DNA of 64,000 nucleotides from Flavobacteriales bacterium (GCA_016788485.1 JAEUSV010000091.1:138-64137); one strand, 5' to 3'; shown: positions 17,659 through 26,062, counted from the stretch's first letter. Notes: generated by a model from the letters alone, not told the origin. Translations and numbers: made by a program.

Positions 17659-18267
17659 ATGCAGCTCGATATCGCCCAGATCGGCAAGGCCTTCCTGATC
17701 CTTTTCGCCGTGATCGATGTGATCGGCGGGATCCCCTTGATCCTGGAGGTGCGCAAGAAGGCGGGCCGGATCTACCCCCTGCGCGCCACGCTGGTGAGCC
17801 TGGGCATCATGGTCACCTTCCTCTTCGTGGGCGAGAAGATCCTTGGCGTGGTGGGGGTCGACGTGCGCTCGTTCGCCGTGGCCGGTTCGCTGGTGCTGTT
17901 CGCGCTTGCGCTGGAGATGACGCTGGGCGTGCGCCTGTTCAAGGAGGACACCTCGGCGCCTGGCCTCCCCAGCGACGACCCCAAGGTGTACAGCATCGTG
18001 CCGCTGGCCTTCCCGGTGATCGCCGGCGCGGGCACCATCACCACCATCCTCTCGCTGCGCGCGGAGTTCGAGACCGTGAACATCCTGGCCGCCATCGTGC
18101 TCAACATGGTGCCCGTGCTGCTGGTGCTCTTCCTCACCAACCGCATCGAACGCGCGCTGGGACGCGTGGGCCTCATCGTCATCCGCAAGGCCTTCGGCAT
18201 CATCCTGCTCGCCATCAGCATCAAGCTCTTCGCGGGCAACATCACCTACCTCTTCCCGAAGGCGTGA
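17659..18267 (+). CDS. MarC-family (UPF0056) integral membrane protein
   Basis: About 200 aa with six hydrophobic segments. FAVIDVIGGIPL and PLAFPVIAGAGTITT are typical of MarC. Confidence 0.8.
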   Translation: MQLDIAQIGKAFLILFAVIDVIGGIPLILEVRKKAGRIYPLRATLVSLGIMVTFLFVGEKILGVVGVDVRSFAVAGSLVLFALALEMTLGVRLFKEDTSAPGLPSDDPKVYSIVPLAFPVIAGAGTITTILSLRAEFETVNILAAIVLNMVPVLLVLFLTNRIERALGRVGLIVIRKAFGIILLAISIKLFAGNITYLFPKA

Positions 18268-18277
18268 GCCGCTTTCT

Positions 18278-18760
18278 TTGGCGCCCATGAAGATCACCGC
18301 CTACACCGACGGCGCCGCGAGCGGCAACCCGGGGCCCGGGGGCTACGGCGTGGTGCTGGAGGCGGGCCCGCACCGCAAGGAGCTATGGGGAGGCTACCGC
18401 CGCACCACCAACAACCGCATGGAGCTGCTGGCCGCCATCGTGGCGCTCGAATCGCTCAAGGGCACAGGGCACGAGGTCACCATCGTGAGCGACAGCAAGT
18501 ACGTGGTGGACAGCGTGGAGAAGGGCTGGGTGTTCAACTGGGAGCGCACCGGCTTCAAGAAGAAGAAGAACCCCGACCTGTGGCAGCGCTTCCTGCGCAT
18601 CTACCGCCAGCACCGCGTGCGCTTCCACTGGATCCGCGGGCACAACGGGCATCCGCAGAACGAACTGTGCGACCGCCTGGCCGTGGCCGCCCGCGAGCAG
18701 AAGGACCTTGCCGTGGACGAGGTGTACGAGCAGGAGGGCGAGGGGGAGCTGTTCGAGTAG
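18278..18760 (+). CDS. rnhA: ribonuclease HI
   Basis: YTDGAASGNPGPGGYG, TNNRMEL, DSKYV, W..V.GH.GHP.NE.CD.LA. Confidence 0.95.
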   Translation: MAPMKITAYTDGAASGNPGPGGYGVVLEAGPHRKELWGGYRRTTNNRMELLAAIVALESLKGTGHEVTIVSDSKYVVDSVEKGWVFNWERTGFKKKKNPDLWQRFLRIYRQHRVRFHWIRGHNGHPQNELCDRLAVAAREQKDLAVDEVYEQEGEGELFE

Positions 18761-18782
18761 AACCGCAAAGGCGCAAGGACGC
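18761..18782 (+). repeat. left inverted repeat of the GxxExxY cassette (AACCGCAAAGGCGCAAGGACGC)
   Basis: 20 of 22 positions match the reverse complement of 19196..19217. It begins directly after the rnhA stop codon. Confidence 0.75.
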
Positions 18783-18789
18783 AAAGCGA

Positions 18790-19179
18790 ATGGCCGCGGA
18801 ACGAACGGAGAACGATCTGGCGCGCGAGGTCGTGGATGCAGCGCTCAGTGTGCATCGTGAGGTTGGTCCGGGGCTGTTGGAGAAGGGTTACGAACATTGC
18901 CTGGCCTATGAGCTCCGTGAGCGTGGACTTCACGTCATTCAACAACAACCCCTTCCCGCGACCTATAAGGAAGTGGATTTGGACCTTGGTTATCGGCTGG
19001 ACCTATGGGTGGAGAAGAAGATCATCGTGGAGGTGAAGGCCGTGGAGTCCTTGCAGGATGTGCACATGGCTCAATTGCCCACTTACCTGAAGCTGACGAA
19101 GAACAAGCCCGGGTTGCTGATCACCTTCAATGTTCCGCTCATCAAACAGGGCATTCAACGCGTGGTGAACGGGCTTTGA
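18790..19179 (+). CDS. GxxExxY family protein (PD-(D/E)XK-like)
   Basis: GLLEKGYEHCLAYEL, YRLDLWVEKKIIVEVKAVE, AQLPTYLKLT, LLITFN. The start is the ATG at 18790, inside the longer ORF-track frame. Confidence 0.85.
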   Translation: MAAERTENDLAREVVDAALSVHREVGPGLLEKGYEHCLAYELRERGLHVIQQQPLPATYKEVDLDLGYRLDLWVEKKIIVEVKAVESLQDVHMAQLPTYLKLTKNKPGLLITFNVPLIKQGIQRVVNGL

Positions 19180-19195
19180 GACACGCTCACGCGTC

Positions 19196-19217
19196 GCGTC
19201 TTGGCGCCTTTGCGGTT
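19196..19217 (+). repeat. right inverted repeat of the GxxExxY cassette (GCGTCTTGGCGCCTTTGCGGTT)
   Basis: See 18761..18782. Confidence 0.75.
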
Positions 19218-19250
19218 CCCACCCACGCGACTTGGTAATTTCACACCCCC

Positions 19251-19760
19251 ATGGCCAAGCTGTACACCACCGTCAATGCCGGTGCCGAGCCGCTGGTGCT
19301 CGAGCGCACCTCCCCTTCCGCCCCGTGGACGCTGCCGGGCGGCGCACGGCCCGATCTGGTGCGCACCGGGCCCGGCCAGTACAGCCTGGTGCACAACGGC
19401 CGCAGCTTCCGCGTGCTGGTGCTCAAGGAGGACCGCGAGGCCAACACGGTGCGCCTGCGCATCGGCGCGCACACCTACACCGTGCAGCTGCAGGATGAGC
19501 AGAGCCGCCTGATGAACACCCTGGGCCTCGACAAGGCGCGCGGCGCGGCGGTGAAGGAGATCAAGGCGCCCATGCCCGGCCTGGTGCTCAAGCTGCTGGT
19601 GAAGGAGGGTGACACGGTGAAGAAGAACGACCCCGTGCTCATCCTCGAGGCCATGAAGATGGAGAACGTGATCAAGAGCCCCGGCGACGCCACCGTGAGC
19701 CGGATCCACGCGCTGGAGAAGACCGCGGTGGAGAAGGGGCAGTTGCTGGTGAGCTTCTGA
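19251..19760 (+). CDS. biotin/lipoyl-attachment-domain protein (biotin carboxyl carrier-like)
   Basis: The C-terminal domain carries IKAPMPG...EAMKMEN, the AMKM biotinylation motif. Confidence 0.8.
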   Translation: MAKLYTTVNAGAEPLVLERTSPSAPWTLPGGARPDLVRTGPGQYSLVHNGRSFRVLVLKEDREANTVRLRIGAHTYTVQLQDEQSRLMNTLGLDKARGAAVKEIKAPMPGLVLKLLVKEGDTVKKNDPVLILEAMKMENVIKSPGDATVSRIHALEKTAVEKGQLLVSF

Positions 19761-19764
19761 GGGC

Positions 19765-20691
19765 TCAGTCCTCCACCAGCTCGATATCGAAATCGACCAG
19801 GTCGATGAACTGCTGCACGCGCTCATCGATGTCCTCTCGGCTGATCTCCAGCAGGCGCTGCACGCCGAACTTCTCGCAGCAGAAGCTGGCCAGGGCGCTG
19901 CCCACGATGATGGCGCGCTTCAGGTTGTCGAAGCTGTGGTCCTGCGTGCGGGCCAGGTAGCCGATGAAGCCGCCCGCGAAGGTGTCGCCGGCGCCCGTGG
20001 GGTCGATGATGTCCTCCAGCGGCAGCGCCGGTGCGAAGAACACGCGGTCCTCGCTGAAGAGCAGCGCGCCGTGCTCGCCCTTCTTCACCACCAGGTACTT
20101 GGGGCCCATCGCCAGGATCGTGTTCGCCGCCTTCACCAGGCTGTGCTGGCCGCTGAGCTGGCGCGCCTCCGCATCGTTCACGCAGAGGATGTCCACGCGG
20201 GCGATCACCTTCTTCAGGTCATCCAGCGCGCTGTCCATCCAGAAGTTCATGGTGTCCATCACCACGAGGGCGGGGTCGGCGACCTGGTCGAGCACCTTGG
20301 CCTGCACCTTGGGGTCGAGGTTGCCGAGCATCACGTAGGGCGCGGCCTTGAAGTGTTCGGGCAGCTTGGGGTCCAGGTCGAGCAGCACGTTCAGGCGCGT
20401 CTCCAGCGTGTCGCGCGTGTTCATGTCGTAATGGTAACGGCCGGCCCAGAAGAAGCTCTCCTTGCCCTGCAGCACCTCCAGGCCCGCCAGGTCCACACCG
20501 CGCTGGCGCAGCAGGTCCATCATGTCCTTGGGGAAATCGTCGCCCACCACGCTCACCAGGCCGAGCTTGTCGAGGAAGAAGGAGCTGGCCAGGGAGATGT
20601 AGGTGGCGGCACCTCCGACGACCTTGTCGGCCTTGCCGAACGGGGTCTCGATGTTGTCGAACGCGACGGTGCCAACGGTGACAAGCTGCAT
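19765..20691 (-). CDS. PfkB-family carbohydrate kinase
   Basis: N-terminal VTVGTVAFD and the C-terminal DPTGAGDTFAGGF ATP-site motif. The alternative upstream start is at 20715. Confidence 0.85.
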   Translation of the reverse strand: MQLVTVGTVAFDNIETPFGKADKVVGGAATYISLASSFFLDKLGLVSVVGDDFPKDMMDLLRQRGVDLAGLEVLQGKESFFWAGRYHYDMNTRDTLETRLNVLLDLDPKLPEHFKAAPYVMLGNLDPKVQAKVLDQVADPALVVMDTMNFWMDSALDDLKKVIARVDILCVNDAEARQLSGQHSLVKAANTILAMGPKYLVVKKGEHGALLFSEDRVFFAPALPLEDIIDPTGAGDTFAGGFIGYLARTQDHSFDNLKRAIIVGSALASFCCEKFGVQRLLEISREDIDERVQQFIDLVDFDIELVED

Positions 20692-20776
20692 GGGCTGGGG
20701 GATGGATGGCCGCAAAGATGCGCGATCGGCGGGGCCCGGAACGAAAAAGGCCCCAGCATGTGCTGAGGCCTCTTCG

Positions 20777-20850
20777 CTCCCCGGACTGGACTTGAACCAG
20801 TGACCCCCTGATTAACAGTCAGGTGCTCTAACCAGCTGAGCTACCAGGGA
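20777..20850 (-). tRNA. tRNA-Asn (GTT), CCA not encoded
   Basis: The reverse complement folds as a cloverleaf: acceptor TCCCTGG/CCGGGGA, D arm GCTCAGCTGGTTAGAGC, anticodon loop CTGTTAA, T arm ACTGGTTCAAGTCCAGT. Confidence 0.9.
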
Positions 20851-20871
20851 AGGTTCCCCGTTAAGGGACGG

Positions 20872-20879
20872 CAAAAGTA
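20872..20879 (-). promoter_or_regulatory. candidate -7 box (TACTTTTG on the minus strand)
   Basis: Matches TAnnTTTG, 21 nt upstream of the tRNA-Asn 5' end. Confidence 0.4.
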
Positions 20880-20928
20880 GGTGGATCGGGAAAAACCGCC
20901 AAACATCACACCCACCTTTGTGCCTCCC

Positions 20929-21141
20929 ATGAACGCCCCTCCCCGCTGGAAGACGGCCCTGCTCATCTGGCTGGCCATCTATCCGTCGATCACCCTGCTG
21001 ATGCTCTTGTTCGGGCCCTATCTGGCGCTGCTTCCGATCCCGATACGCACGCTGGTGATGACCGCGGTGCTCGTGCCATTGATGGTGTTCGTGCTGCTCC
21101 CGCGCCTGCAGCGGTGGTTCGGCCCCTGGCTGCGTCGCTAG
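20929..21141 (+). CDS. small two-TM membrane protein
   Basis: MNAPPRWKTALLIWLAIYPSITLL... with two hydrophobic helices. The ORF-track start at 20881 is a GTG. Confidence 0.45.
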   Translation: MNAPPRWKTALLIWLAIYPSITLLMLLFGPYLALLPIPIRTLVMTAVLVPLMVFVLLPRLQRWFGPWLRR

Positions 21142-21162
21142 GCCCCGAACGCACGAGGGGCC
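21141..21162 (+). terminator. GC hairpin (GGCCCC-N10-GGGGCC) at the stop codon
   Basis: A 6-bp all-GC stem seen directly in the sequence. There is no U-tract. Confidence 0.3.
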
Positions 21163-21207
21163 GATGGTCTCCCACCGGCCCCCCGACCCGCTACGACCGG
21201 GCTGCGA

Positions 21208-21561
21208 TCAGGCTGCGGCCTGCTGCACCTTCGGCGTGAGCAACTGGAAGTCGCTCAGCACGATCTCCGTCACGTACCGCTTCTGCCCGTCGCGGCCCTC
21301 GTAGCTGCGGTGCACCAGCTTGCCCTCCAGGGCCACCTGGGTGCCTTTGCGCAGCAGACGCTCCACCATCTCGGCGGTGCGGCCCCAGGCCACCACGGTG
21401 TGCCACTGGGTATCGGTAACGCGCTCCCCATCGGCGTTCTTGTACCGGTCGTTCGTGGCCACGCTGATCCGCGCCACCTTCCGCCCCTTGGCGATCTCCC
21501 GCACTTCCGGGTCGAAACCCAGGTTCCCGATCAACTGCACCTTGTTCTTCAGCGTGTTCAT
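21208..21561 (-). CDS. ssb: single-stranded DNA-binding protein, paralog 1; short, with no acidic C-terminal tip
   Basis: OB-fold SSB pattern: NKVQLIGNLG.DPE, TQWH.VVAWG..AE, G..V.LEG.L..R.Y....G.KRY.TEIV. Confidence 0.85.
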   Translation of the reverse strand: MNTLKNKVQLIGNLGFDPEVREIAKGRKVARISVATNDRYKNADGERVTDTQWHTVVAWGRTAEMVERLLRKGTQVALEGKLVHRSYEGRDGQKRYVTEIVLSDFQLLTPKVQQAAA

Positions 21562-21805
21562 GACTACTTGGTTTTTGGTTTGACTCATGCCGAGGTTGCT
21601 GAGGCCATCGACGGTGCAAAGGAGGAACGGTGCATTCCGGACATTCGGCCAGTAGTCATTTGTAGTCGTTCACAGGCGTTTGCAACCGTTTGCTTTACGG
21701 CCTTCGAACACGCCAGGAACCGCCGAAAAGCCCGTTGCTGCTGGTGATCCCCTACCTTTCAAGAAGGAGCGGCCACAGGCAGCGCTTGGGAGGTTACCCC
21801 GCGTC

Positions 21806-22396
21806 TTGCTCTTGAAAAGGCCCTTTTTCGATTTGCGCGAGCTCACGGAACGCGAACTGGTGGAAGGCTGCCAGCGCGACGACCGGCGGTGCCAGGAGGC
21901 ATTGTACGGGCGTTATGCGCGGCGCATGTATGCCGTATGCCTTCGCTATGCGCGGCACCAGCTCGAGGCCCAGGACCTGATGCAGGAGGGCTTCATCCGC
22001 GTGTTCGACAAGCTCGGCGGATTCCGCATGGATGGCAGCCTGGAGGGATGGGTCCGCCGCATCATGGTCACCACCTGCATCAACCACTACCGCCGCAAGG
22101 CCTTCCAGAACGAGAAGTTCGGACTGGAGAACGTGCCCGACGGACCGGTGGAGCCCCTGGCCATCGACAACCTGGGCCAGGCCGAACTGATGAAACTGAT
22201 CGAAGGCCTGCCGGACGGCTACCGCATGGTCTTCAACCTGTTCGCGATCGAAGGCTTCGACCATGCCGAGATCGCCGACATGCTGGGCTTCGGGGAAAGC
22301 ACCTCGCGCAGCCAGCTGGCCAAAGCCCGACGCATGCTCCAACAGCGGCTGGGCGCACACATCGTGAACGAACATGAGCGAAAAGCATCCCATTGA
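21806..22396 (+). CDS. ECF-type RNA polymerase sigma-70 factor; non-ATG start, position uncertain
   Basis: Region 2 (DLMQEGFIRVF..L..FR) and region 4 (LPDGYRMVFNLFAIEGFDHAEIADMLG.SESTSRSQLAKAR). There is no in-frame ATG before region 2. Candidate TTG starts are 21806, 21812 and 21833. Confidence 0.8.
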   Translation: MLLKRPFFDLRELTERELVEGCQRDDRRCQEALYGRYARRMYAVCLRYARHQLEAQDLMQEGFIRVFDKLGGFRMDGSLEGWVRRIMVTTCINHYRRKAFQNEKFGLENVPDGPVEPLAIDNLGQAELMKLIEGLPDGYRMVFNLFAIEGFDHAEIADMLGFGESTSRSQLAKARRMLQQRLGAHIVNEHERKASH

Positions 22397-23729
22397 CGAG
22401 CTCTTCCACCGCTCCTTGCACGACGCGGAGGTGACCCCGCCGCCTGCGGTGTGGGAGGGCATCGCACGCGCGCGCCGCAAGCGGAGGGCTGGCTGGCTGC
22501 GGTGGGGCGCCCTGGCCCTGCTGTTGGCCGGCGCCGCCGGCCTGGGGCTCTGGAGGCCCTGGCACCAGGAGCCCGTGGCCCAGAACCCTGGACAAGCGAA
22601 CACCACACCCGCCGTGCCGCACACATCCATCGCGAGCACGCGCCCGAGCGACCCGGCTGCCACATCCCCGGACATCGCAGCGGATCAGCGCGCACCGGGA
22701 ACCACGGACATCGCACAGCCTGCATCAACGAAAACCGTCCGGTCGAACGACCCCGGCCCCAACACTCCACCGCCCGCAAGGAGGAACAGCGGACACCGCC
22801 CGGTCGCCAACTCCGGGATCAAGCCAGAACCGGCCGGACCCGCCGTAGCAGCCCCGGACCTGGCCTTGGAGACACCCGCCGATGCTCCCTCGACACCGCG
22901 CGATGGGCAGGAGCACCTGGCATGGCTCACGGTACTTGGACCCCGGACCACAGCTGCTCCCGCGGTAAGTCCGCTCGGTCGCGAACGATCACCCTACGTG
23001 CTGCCGGGTGCGGAATGGTGGGTGGCCTTGGAAGTGGGCCGTCACGACGTGGACCGCTCGTGGTCCGGCAAGGATGAGGCGCTCGTGGAGGCGCTCAACG
23101 GCACGGAGGTCCCCCATCCGACCTGGAGCGCCGGGGCCCTGTTCGGCCGCACCTGGCGCAGCGGCCTCGGTGTTTCGGTCGGTGCGGCGTACGAAGGCTC
23201 GCGGTACGAGTTCGACCACGTGGAACAGCAACTTCCTGTTGATTCCGTGATCGAGTACACCTACCTCGTCACCCTCGACACCCAGGTCTTCGTGAGCACC
23301 CCGGCCACCACCGTGGTCTATGGGGAGCCTACGGAAACACGGGTCACCGGCAGTAACAGTCTGGGTATCCTGCAACTGCCCGTGGAACTTTACTGGCACG
23401 CACCGGTGAAGCGCTGGTCGTTCGGCGGGCGCATCGGCCTGATAACGGAGCTTACGCTGGTGCGACGGGGCTACACCCTGGTGAATGACGAGGAGCTCGG
23501 TCTGCTCAGCGCCCCCTGTGGCGAGGAGCGCTTCGATAGCCGTTACGGACCGGTGCTCACCGGCATCATCGGGGCCGACCTGGGCTACACCCTTACCGAG
23601 CGCTGGGGGCTCTGGCTCTCCCCATCGTACATGCGCGGCCTTGCCGCCTTCGGCACAAGCGATCAACCCTGGTCACTGCCCGAGCGGTTCAGCCTGCGCA
23701 TGCGACTTTCGTACTCGTTCATCCGCTGA
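22374..23729 (+). CDS. membrane-anchored protein downstream of the ECF sigma gene (possible anti-sigma or outer-membrane beta-rich protein)
   Basis: The start overlaps the sigma gene 3' end by 23 nt. It has a short cytoplasmic N-terminus, one TM (WGALALLLAGAAGLGLW), a Pro/Ala/Thr-rich linker and a beta-strand-rich C-terminal half. Confidence 0.6.
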   Translation: MSEKHPIDELFHRSLHDAEVTPPPAVWEGIARARRKRRAGWLRWGALALLLAGAAGLGLWRPWHQEPVAQNPGQANTTPAVPHTSIASTRPSDPAATSPDIAADQRAPGTTDIAQPASTKTVRSNDPGPNTPPPARRNSGHRPVANSGIKPEPAGPAVAAPDLALETPADAPSTPRDGQEHLAWLTVLGPRTTAAPAVSPLGRERSPYVLPGAEWWVALEVGRHDVDRSWSGKDEALVEALNGTEVPHPTWSAGALFGRTWRSGLGVSVGAAYEGSRYEFDHVEQQLPVDSVIEYTYLVTLDTQVFVSTPATTVVYGEPTETRVTGSNSLGILQLPVELYWHAPVKRWSFGGRIGLITELTLVRRGYTLVNDEELGLLSAPCGEERFDSRYGPVLTGIIGADLGYTLTERWGLWLSPSYMRGLAAFGTSDQPWSLPERFSLRMRLSYSFIR

Positions 23730-23732
23730 TCC

Positions 23733-24884
23733 GTGATGCGCACGCTCCTCCTGTTCACCCTGCTACTGCCCGGCCTGCTCCGCGGCCAGCTCTTCGACCT
23801 GGGCCTGCGCGCCTCGGGTCCGCCCTGTGACAGCACCCTCGTGGTCGACTTCGCCGTCACCGACAACGGTGGCATGCTTTACACCTACACGGCCGATATC
23901 GACACGGGGAACGTCACCGTGGTCGGCCTGCAATGGAACCTGTACAACATCGGCCTATCCTCCGGCGCCGGACCCTCGATCACCGAACAGTACTTCGTGC
24001 CGGGCCAGTACGCAGTGTGCCTAACAGTGGATGCCCTCGATGCACAGTCGATGCCGTGCAGCAGCACCGCATGCAAGCTGGTCACCGTGTACGCCGACAG
24101 CACATGCTCCGACCTTCTGGCGGATTTCACCATCACGAACATCGCGGGCAATACCGTCACTTTCGATGAGCTCGCCTCCTTCACCGGTCCGATCGCCAGC
24201 TACGACTGGAACCTCGGCGATGGGGCTTCCGTGAACGGTCCTTCGCCCACGCACACCTTTCCCGGGCCGGGACCCTTCGAGGTGTGCCTGACGGTGACCG
24301 CCGCACCGCCCGACGATGAATGCGCCGCCACCAAATGCAAGTGGCTTTACCTGGGCCCGGGCAATGTGCCCTGCTCCACCCTGCTGCAGCCGGGCTTCCT
24401 GTTGGTGGTGGTGGACAACACCGTGGGGGTGCTGGACACCTCGCTGACCTCGGGCATGAACTACACCGTCGACTGGGATTTCGGCGATGGCTATACCACC
24501 AGCGGAGCAGTGGCCTACCATGGCTACGATGTGAGCGGATTCTATAACGTGTGCCAGACCGTCACCCTTTGGGGGCCGCTGAACACCGACACCTGTTCCT
24601 CGGTGACCTGCCAGCCGGTATATGTGGACGTGCTGGGCGTCACGGAGCGCGAGGACGCTGGGGGGATCGTGGCATGGCCGGTGCCGGCCGGGGATGCACT
24701 TACGGTCCATGGCCTCCGTCCCGGCACACGGTCGCTGCGCCTGCTGGACGGCCAGGGTCGCGTGGTGCGCGTCTTCGAGCGCGTGGTCGAAGGAGGCCTG
24801 CTTGACCTGGGCGGCATCGCACCGGGGATGTACCTGCTGCAAGAAAGGGACAGCACACGCTCGGTGCGAGTGATCAAGTCCTGA
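23733..24884 (+). CDS. PKD-repeat protein with a T9SS C-terminal sorting domain
   Basis: Repeated W.LGDG......P.H.F..PG.Y.VCLTV PKD motifs. The C-terminus is VAWPVPAGDALTV...GMYLLQ...RVIK. Confidence 0.8.
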   Translation: MMRTLLLFTLLLPGLLRGQLFDLGLRASGPPCDSTLVVDFAVTDNGGMLYTYTADIDTGNVTVVGLQWNLYNIGLSSGAGPSITEQYFVPGQYAVCLTVDALDAQSMPCSSTACKLVTVYADSTCSDLLADFTITNIAGNTVTFDELASFTGPIASYDWNLGDGASVNGPSPTHTFPGPGPFEVCLTVTAAPPDDECAATKCKWLYLGPGNVPCSTLLQPGFLLVVVDNTVGVLDTSLTSGMNYTVDWDFGDGYTTSGAVAYHGYDVSGFYNVCQTVTLWGPLNTDTCSSVTCQPVYVDVLGVTEREDAGGIVAWPVPAGDALTVHGLRPGTRSLRLLDGQGRVVRVFERVVEGGLLDLGGIAPGMYLLQERDSTRSVRVIKS

Positions 24885-24939
24885 GAACGAAGAAGGGGCA
24901 CCGCTTGCGCGACACCCCTTCACACGCAGGGCTCCGACC

Positions 24940-25296
24940 CTAGTTGGCGACCTCCTCGCCTGCGTTGCTCACCAGCTCGAAGTCGTTGAGCACGACCTCC
25001 GTCACGTACCGCTTCTGGCCATCCTTGCCCTCGTAGCTGCGGTGGACCAGGCGGCCTTGCACGCTCACCTTGGTGCCCTTGCGGAGCTGTTGCTCCACCC
25101 GCTCGGCCTGCTTGCCCCAGGCCACGATGGGGTGCCATTGCACATCGTCCTGCCACGTGCCTGTCGCATCCTTCCACCGGTCGTTGGTGGCCATGCTGAA
25201 CTTGGCCACGCGGCGTCCGCCCTTCACCTCCTTCACCTCCGGGTCCCTGCCCAGGTTGCCCAGCAGCTGCACACTGTTCCGCTTCATCGTTTCCAT
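24940..25296 (-). CDS. ssb: single-stranded DNA-binding protein, paralog 2
   Basis: Collinear with paralog 1 at roughly 60% identity by eye: SVQLLGNLGRDPE, VQWHPIVAWGKQAE, LVHRSYEGKDGQKRYVTEVV. Confidence 0.85.
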   Translation of the reverse strand: METMKRNSVQLLGNLGRDPEVKEVKGGRRVAKFSMATNDRWKDATGTWQDDVQWHPIVAWGKQAERVEQQLRKGTKVSVQGRLVHRSYEGKDGQKRYVTEVVLNDFELVSNAGEEVAN

Positions 25297-25376
25297 GTTC
25301 CTGTCGTTGTTGTTCGTGGTTCGTTTCCGTTGACGACGCAAAGGACAAGCGGCCCTGGAGCGACAGTCGGGCAGTT

Positions 25377-25384
25377 GTCATTTA
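25377..25384 (+). repeat. target-site duplication, left copy (GTCATTTA)
   Basis: An identical 8-mer directly abuts the other transposon end at 29346..29353. Confidence 0.9.
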
Positions 25385-25412
25385 GGGAACTATATACCAG
25401 TTGGGACAGGCC
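25385..25412 (+). repeat. left terminal inverted repeat (GGGAACTATATACCAGTTGGGACAGGCC)
   Basis: Perfect reverse complement of 29318..29345. Confidence 0.95.
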
Positions 25413-25468
25413 GGAAAGCGCGTCCCTATTGAGATGTGTGCCTCGTTCCAACAATGATCGTGGATAAG

Positions 25469-25519
25469 TGCTGACCGGTTGCTGACGGCCTGCTGATCAC
25501 CGCCGGTAGATTTGCTGAC
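25469..25519 (+). promoter_or_regulatory. four TGCTGAY direct repeats phased at 11, 11 and 22 bp
   Basis: TGCTGAC at 25469, 25480 and 25513, and TGCTGAT at 25491. The last copy abuts the ATG at 25520. Confidence 0.5.
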
Positions 25520-26062
25520 ATGGACGCCACCGAACAGTTCGCGCACTTGCGAAAACTGCTGGACGAGGCTCTCTTGCTTGTCAGTGAGCTTGAGGCTGAA
25601 CAGTTGGTTGGTTCGCATACTGTCCTGGCTAAGCCTGATGCTCACGTCCGATCGCAACTCTTGACCCCGACCGGGAAGATCCGGGGGCTGTCCGACCGTA
25701 TCATCGGTGCCTTGCGAGAGAAGCAAGAACCAATGACGGCATCCGAGTTGACGACCGCTGTGTATGATCGCCAATATGGTCTGTCATACGACGCCATGAA
25801 GCGCAGGGTGGCCGTCTGTACATCTGCTCTCCATAAACGCCAAGGCAAGCTGGTATGGCAGAAGATGGAATCCGGAGAGGTGTACTGGTACTTGCCTGAA
25901 TGGGTAGAACAGGGGAAACAGGCATGGAAGGGCTCCTTGATAACTGATCGCCTCCTGGTGGTGCATGATATGCTGAAAAGCACCCATCCCCGCCTCCAAA
26001 CACCTACGGAAAACACTGAGACTAACCCATCACCTAACGACGACGAGAGTTCCTTGTCATGA
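25520..26062 (+). CDS. transposon cargo: 180-aa hypothetical protein, possibly winged-helix
   Basis: Unique long ORF in this stretch. The central segment (LSDRIIGALREKQEPMTASELTTAVY...GKLVWQKMESGEVYWYLPEW) resembles wHTH/HARE-HTH-type layouts. That reading is inference only. Confidence 0.55.
   Translation: MDATEQFAHLRKLLDEALLLVSELEAEQLVGSHTVLAKPDAHVRSQLLTPTGKIRGLSDRIIGALREKQEPMTASELTTAVYDRQYGLSYDAMKRRVAVCTSALHKRQGKLVWQKMESGEVYWYLPEWVEQGKQAWKGSLITDRLLVVHDMLKSTHPRLQTPTENTETNPSPNDDESSLS

Noticed and set aside
20716-21200. tRNA-Asn followed by a small membrane gene and ssb, considered as the edge of an integrative element.
   Set aside because: I saw no integrase and no direct repeat of the tRNA 3' end anywhere in the window. 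The composition is host-like.
25456-25466. The DnaA-box-like CGTGGATAAG near the left transposon end.
   Set aside because: It is a single isolated site inside a mobile element with no cluster. It is more likely fortuitous or part of the subterminal protein-binding region.
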